Source of the DNA: an uncultured Chloroflexia bacterium
Lineage (GTDB): Bacteria > Chloroflexota > Limnocylindria > Limnocylindrales > CSP1-4
NCBI GenBank assembly: GCA_963712745.1
Contig: CAVQJC010000020.1
Location: 416,001 to 480,000 of the forward strand
DNA length: 64,000 nucleotides
Direction of reading: 5' to 3'
Shown here: one piece after another, positions 61,730 through 64,000 of the stretch
How positions within the stretch are numbered: position 1 is the first letter of the stretch
Layout of the letters: every line of letters starts with the position of its first letter
Notes under the pieces: model-generated
The model's database searches: none
The model's input: only the letters and a program-made list of their open reading frames with translations
What the model was told of the DNA's origin: nothing
Translations under genes and position numbers: made by a program

Positions 61730-63649
61730 CTAGCGCTCCTCGCCCTCGACCGCGTCGGCCTTCATGTCGGTGCCGTCCTCGCTCTGGGGGGGCTGGTCCT
61801 GGCCCATGTCATCGATGAGGTCGGAGAGGCCCTTGCCCGCGGGCATCATCGGCAGCACGTTCTGCGTCTGTTCGATCTCGAACCACACCAGCGCCGGCCC
61901 GTCGTGGGCCTGGGCGCCGCGGATGGCCTCGTCGACCTGCTCGGGTGAACTGGCCTTGAACGTAGGCATGCCGTAGGCCTCGGCCAGCTTGTCCCACTGG
62001 GGGGCCGGCAGGTCGCTGGAGTGGTAGTTGCCGCCGTAGACGATCTCCTGCCACTGCCGGATCATGCCCAGCTTCTTGTTGTCCATGAGGGCGATCTTCA
62101 CCGGGATGTGGTCGACCACCGTGGTCAGCATCTCCTGGATGGTCATCTGCAGACCACCGTCGCCGACCACCGCCCACGTCTCCTTGTCGGGACGTCCCAG
62201 GGCGGCACCCATGGCCGCGGGCAAGCCGAAACCCATCGTGCCCAGGCCGCCGGAGCTGAGGTGGCTGTCGGGCCGGCGGAACCCGGCGTAGCGGGCCAGC
62301 CACATCTGGTGCTGGCCGACGTCCGAGACGAGAGTGGCGTCGTGGTCGGTGAGCTCGCCGAGGCGTTCTATCACGTAGTCGGCCGTGAGCAGGCCCTGCT
62401 TCCAGCCGCCCGAGCCGTGCCACGAGATCGACTCCGACTCGGTGCGCCATTCGGCCAGCTCGTCGAAGTAGGCCCTTCGCTCGGCGGGGTCCACTTCCGG
62501 GACCGCCTTGATGAACTCGCGCAGGACGTTGCGGACGTCGCCCACGATGGGGATGTCGACGGCCACGTTCTTGCCGATCTCCGATGGGTCGATGTCGACG
62601 TGGATGATCTGAGCATTGGGCGCGTAGGTGCTGACCGAGCCGGTGACCCGGTCGTCGAAGCGCATGCCCAGGGCGATGAGCAGGTCGGCCGACTGGATGG
62701 CCTTGTTCACGTGCTTCCAGCCGTGCATGCCCATGTACCCGTAGGAGAGCGGGTCGGTCTCGTCGATGGCGCCCACGCCCAGCAGCGTATGGGTGACGGG
62801 GATCTGGGCCTTATGCGCGAAGGTGCGCAGCTCATCGCTCGCGCGGGCGATGAGGATGCCGTGGCCGGCGAGGATGACCGGGCGCTTGGCCTCGGCGATG
62901 GCTCTGGCCGCCAGCTTGACCTGCCGCGGGTGACCGTCGAAGCGGGGCTTGAATCCGGGCAGGTCAAGCACCGTCGGGTCCTGGGCACGCGTCTCGGCCG
63001 TGAGCGCGTCCTTGGTGAAGTCGATGTGGACGGGGCCCGGGCGACCGGTGCGGGCGATGTGGAAGGCCTCCGCCACCACGCGCGGGATGTCGTCGGCGTT
63101 GCGCACGAGGTAGTTGTGCTTGGTCATCGGCAGCGTGATGCCGCTGATGTCGATCTCCTGGAAGGCGTCCTTGCCCAGCAGCGCGCCGGGCACGTTGCCG
63201 GTGAGCGCGACCATCGGCACCGAGTCGAGCTGGGCGGTGGCGATGCCGGTCACGAGGTTGGTGGCGCCAGGGCCGGACGTGCCCAGGCACACGCCGACGC
63301 GGCCGCTGGCGCGAGCGTAGCCGTCGGCAGCATGTGCGGCTCCCTGCTCGTGGCGGACCAGGATCGTGCGTAGCTCGGGATAGTCAGCCCAGACGTCGTA
63401 GAGCGGCAGGATCACGCCTCCGGGATAGCCGAAGATGACGTCGACGCCCTGGTGGATGAGCGCTTCGCACAGCGCGTCGGCGCCGATACGATCGCGCTGA
63501 CCGATGCGGCCCTGCTGGAGCATGTCGGCGCGCGCCTTCTCGACGGCCGCAGTCTCGGCAGACCCGGGGTTGGGCAGATGCCGGCCACGCCCAGGTGGGG
63601 CGGGCGCTTGCGGCGTCGCCGCGGTAGTGCTCATCTTTTCGGTGGTCAT
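61730..63649 (-). CDS. ilvB: Acetolactate synthase large subunit
   Basis: FGYPGG, VRHEQGA, TSGPGATN, RFDDRVTG, SSGGLGTMG, GDGG TPP motif. Confidence 0.96.
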   Translation of the reverse strand: MTTEKMSTTAATPQAPAPPGRGRHLPNPGSAETAAVEKARADMLQQGRIGQRDRIGADALCEALIHQGVDVIFGYPGGVILPLYDVWADYPELRTILVRHEQGAAHAADGYARASGRVGVCLGTSGPGATNLVTGIATAQLDSVPMVALTGNVPGALLGKDAFQEIDISGITLPMTKHNYLVRNADDIPRVVAEAFHIARTGRPGPVHIDFTKDALTAETRAQDPTVLDLPGFKPRFDGHPRQVKLAARAIAEAKRPVILAGHGILIARASDELRTFAHKAQIPVTHTLLGVGAIDETDPLSYGYMGMHGWKHVNKAIQSADLLIALGMRFDDRVTGSVSTYAPNAQIIHVDIDPSEIGKNVAVDIPIVGDVRNVLREFIKAVPEVDPAERRAYFDELAEWRTESESISWHGSGGWKQGLLTADYVIERLGELTDHDATLVSDVGQHQMWLARYAGFRRPDSHLSSGGLGTMGFGLPAAMGAALGRPDKETWAVVGDGGLQMTIQEMLTTVVDHIPVKIALMDNKKLGMIRQWQEIVYGGNYHSSDLPAPQWDKLAEAYGMPTFKASSPEQVDEAIRGAQAHDGPALVWFEIEQTQNVLPMMPAGKGLSDLIDDMGQDQPPQSEDGTDMKADAVEGEER

Positions 63650-63759
63650 GGCTGCTGCCCTTCCCTGCTGCTCGGTGCTCGCTCGCTCTCGATGGTTGTC
63701 GCTTGATGGTCTCCGCCGCTCTAGCCGTCGGTCACCGATGTGACCCGTCGGTCGCCGAC

Positions 63760-63793
63760 ACAACAAAGACCCTCGCCGTTCCCGGCGAGGGTC
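63760..63793 (-). terminator. Intrinsic terminator of the ilv-leu attenuator
   Basis: GACCCTCGCCG-GGAA-CGGCGAGGGTC perfect 11-bp stem followed by TTTGTTGT, upstream of ilvB. Confidence 0.85.
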
Positions 63794-63828
63794 CCTGGGT
63801 GGTTCGACGTCCGTCGCGCCTCGCGGCG

Positions 63829-63999
63829 CTACCTCCGCCTGTCCCCAGACTCCCGCCGGGAGCCGGTAATAAGGCCGACAAGCTCGAGTACGATGAGCTC
63901 AAGCTTGGCAACCAGGGCTACCTCTACAGGCTGGGGCAGATTGACGGGCACGCGCTTGCCGTCGCCACGGATGGCGAGTGCGGCGTAGTTGCGCTGCCG
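63829..63999 (-). promoter_or_regulatory. Val/Leu/Ile-rich attenuator leader ORF (open to the window edge)
   Basis: ...VPVNLPQPVEVALVAKLELIVLELVGLITGSRRESGDRRR*; 13 of 20 consecutive codons are V/L/I, many of them A/T-ending. Confidence 0.78.
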
Positions 64000-64000
64000 A

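Overview
High-GC bacterial chromosomal window. The gene mix suggests Chloroflexota, but that is inference only. Scattered single-base frameshifts look like long-read consensus errors. The window contains: (1) a large array of Tad/Flp minor-pilin genes in repeated TadE-TadE-TadG or TadE-TadG cassettes (2.2-14.4 kb, plus a distant pair at 41.3-43.2 kb), with no Tad motor genes, including a 2-kb mosaic of spliced paralogue fragments; (2) an NfeD-flotillin pair and an S41 protease homologue lacking its catalytic Ser/Lys; (3) pseudouridine salvage genes, a tkt-pgi-gnd-zwf-opcA-pgl pentose-phosphate operon, molybdate uptake genes, and an Mre11/Rad50-like pair whose ATPase has transmembrane helices; (4) a complete IS110-family element (35249-36696). 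Its ends, TA core, circle-junction promoter and two-loop bridge-RNA guides can be read directly from the sequence; (5) aldehyde dehydrogenases, an aminotransferase, a CoA-transferase, a MoaD-MoaE fusion, a GGDEF-EAL protein and a cyclophilin; (6) an ilvB-ilvN-ilvC-leuA-leuB-cimA operon preceded by an attenuator with an unusually long Val/Leu/Ile-rich leader ORF. No rRNA, tRNA or CRISPR array was seen.
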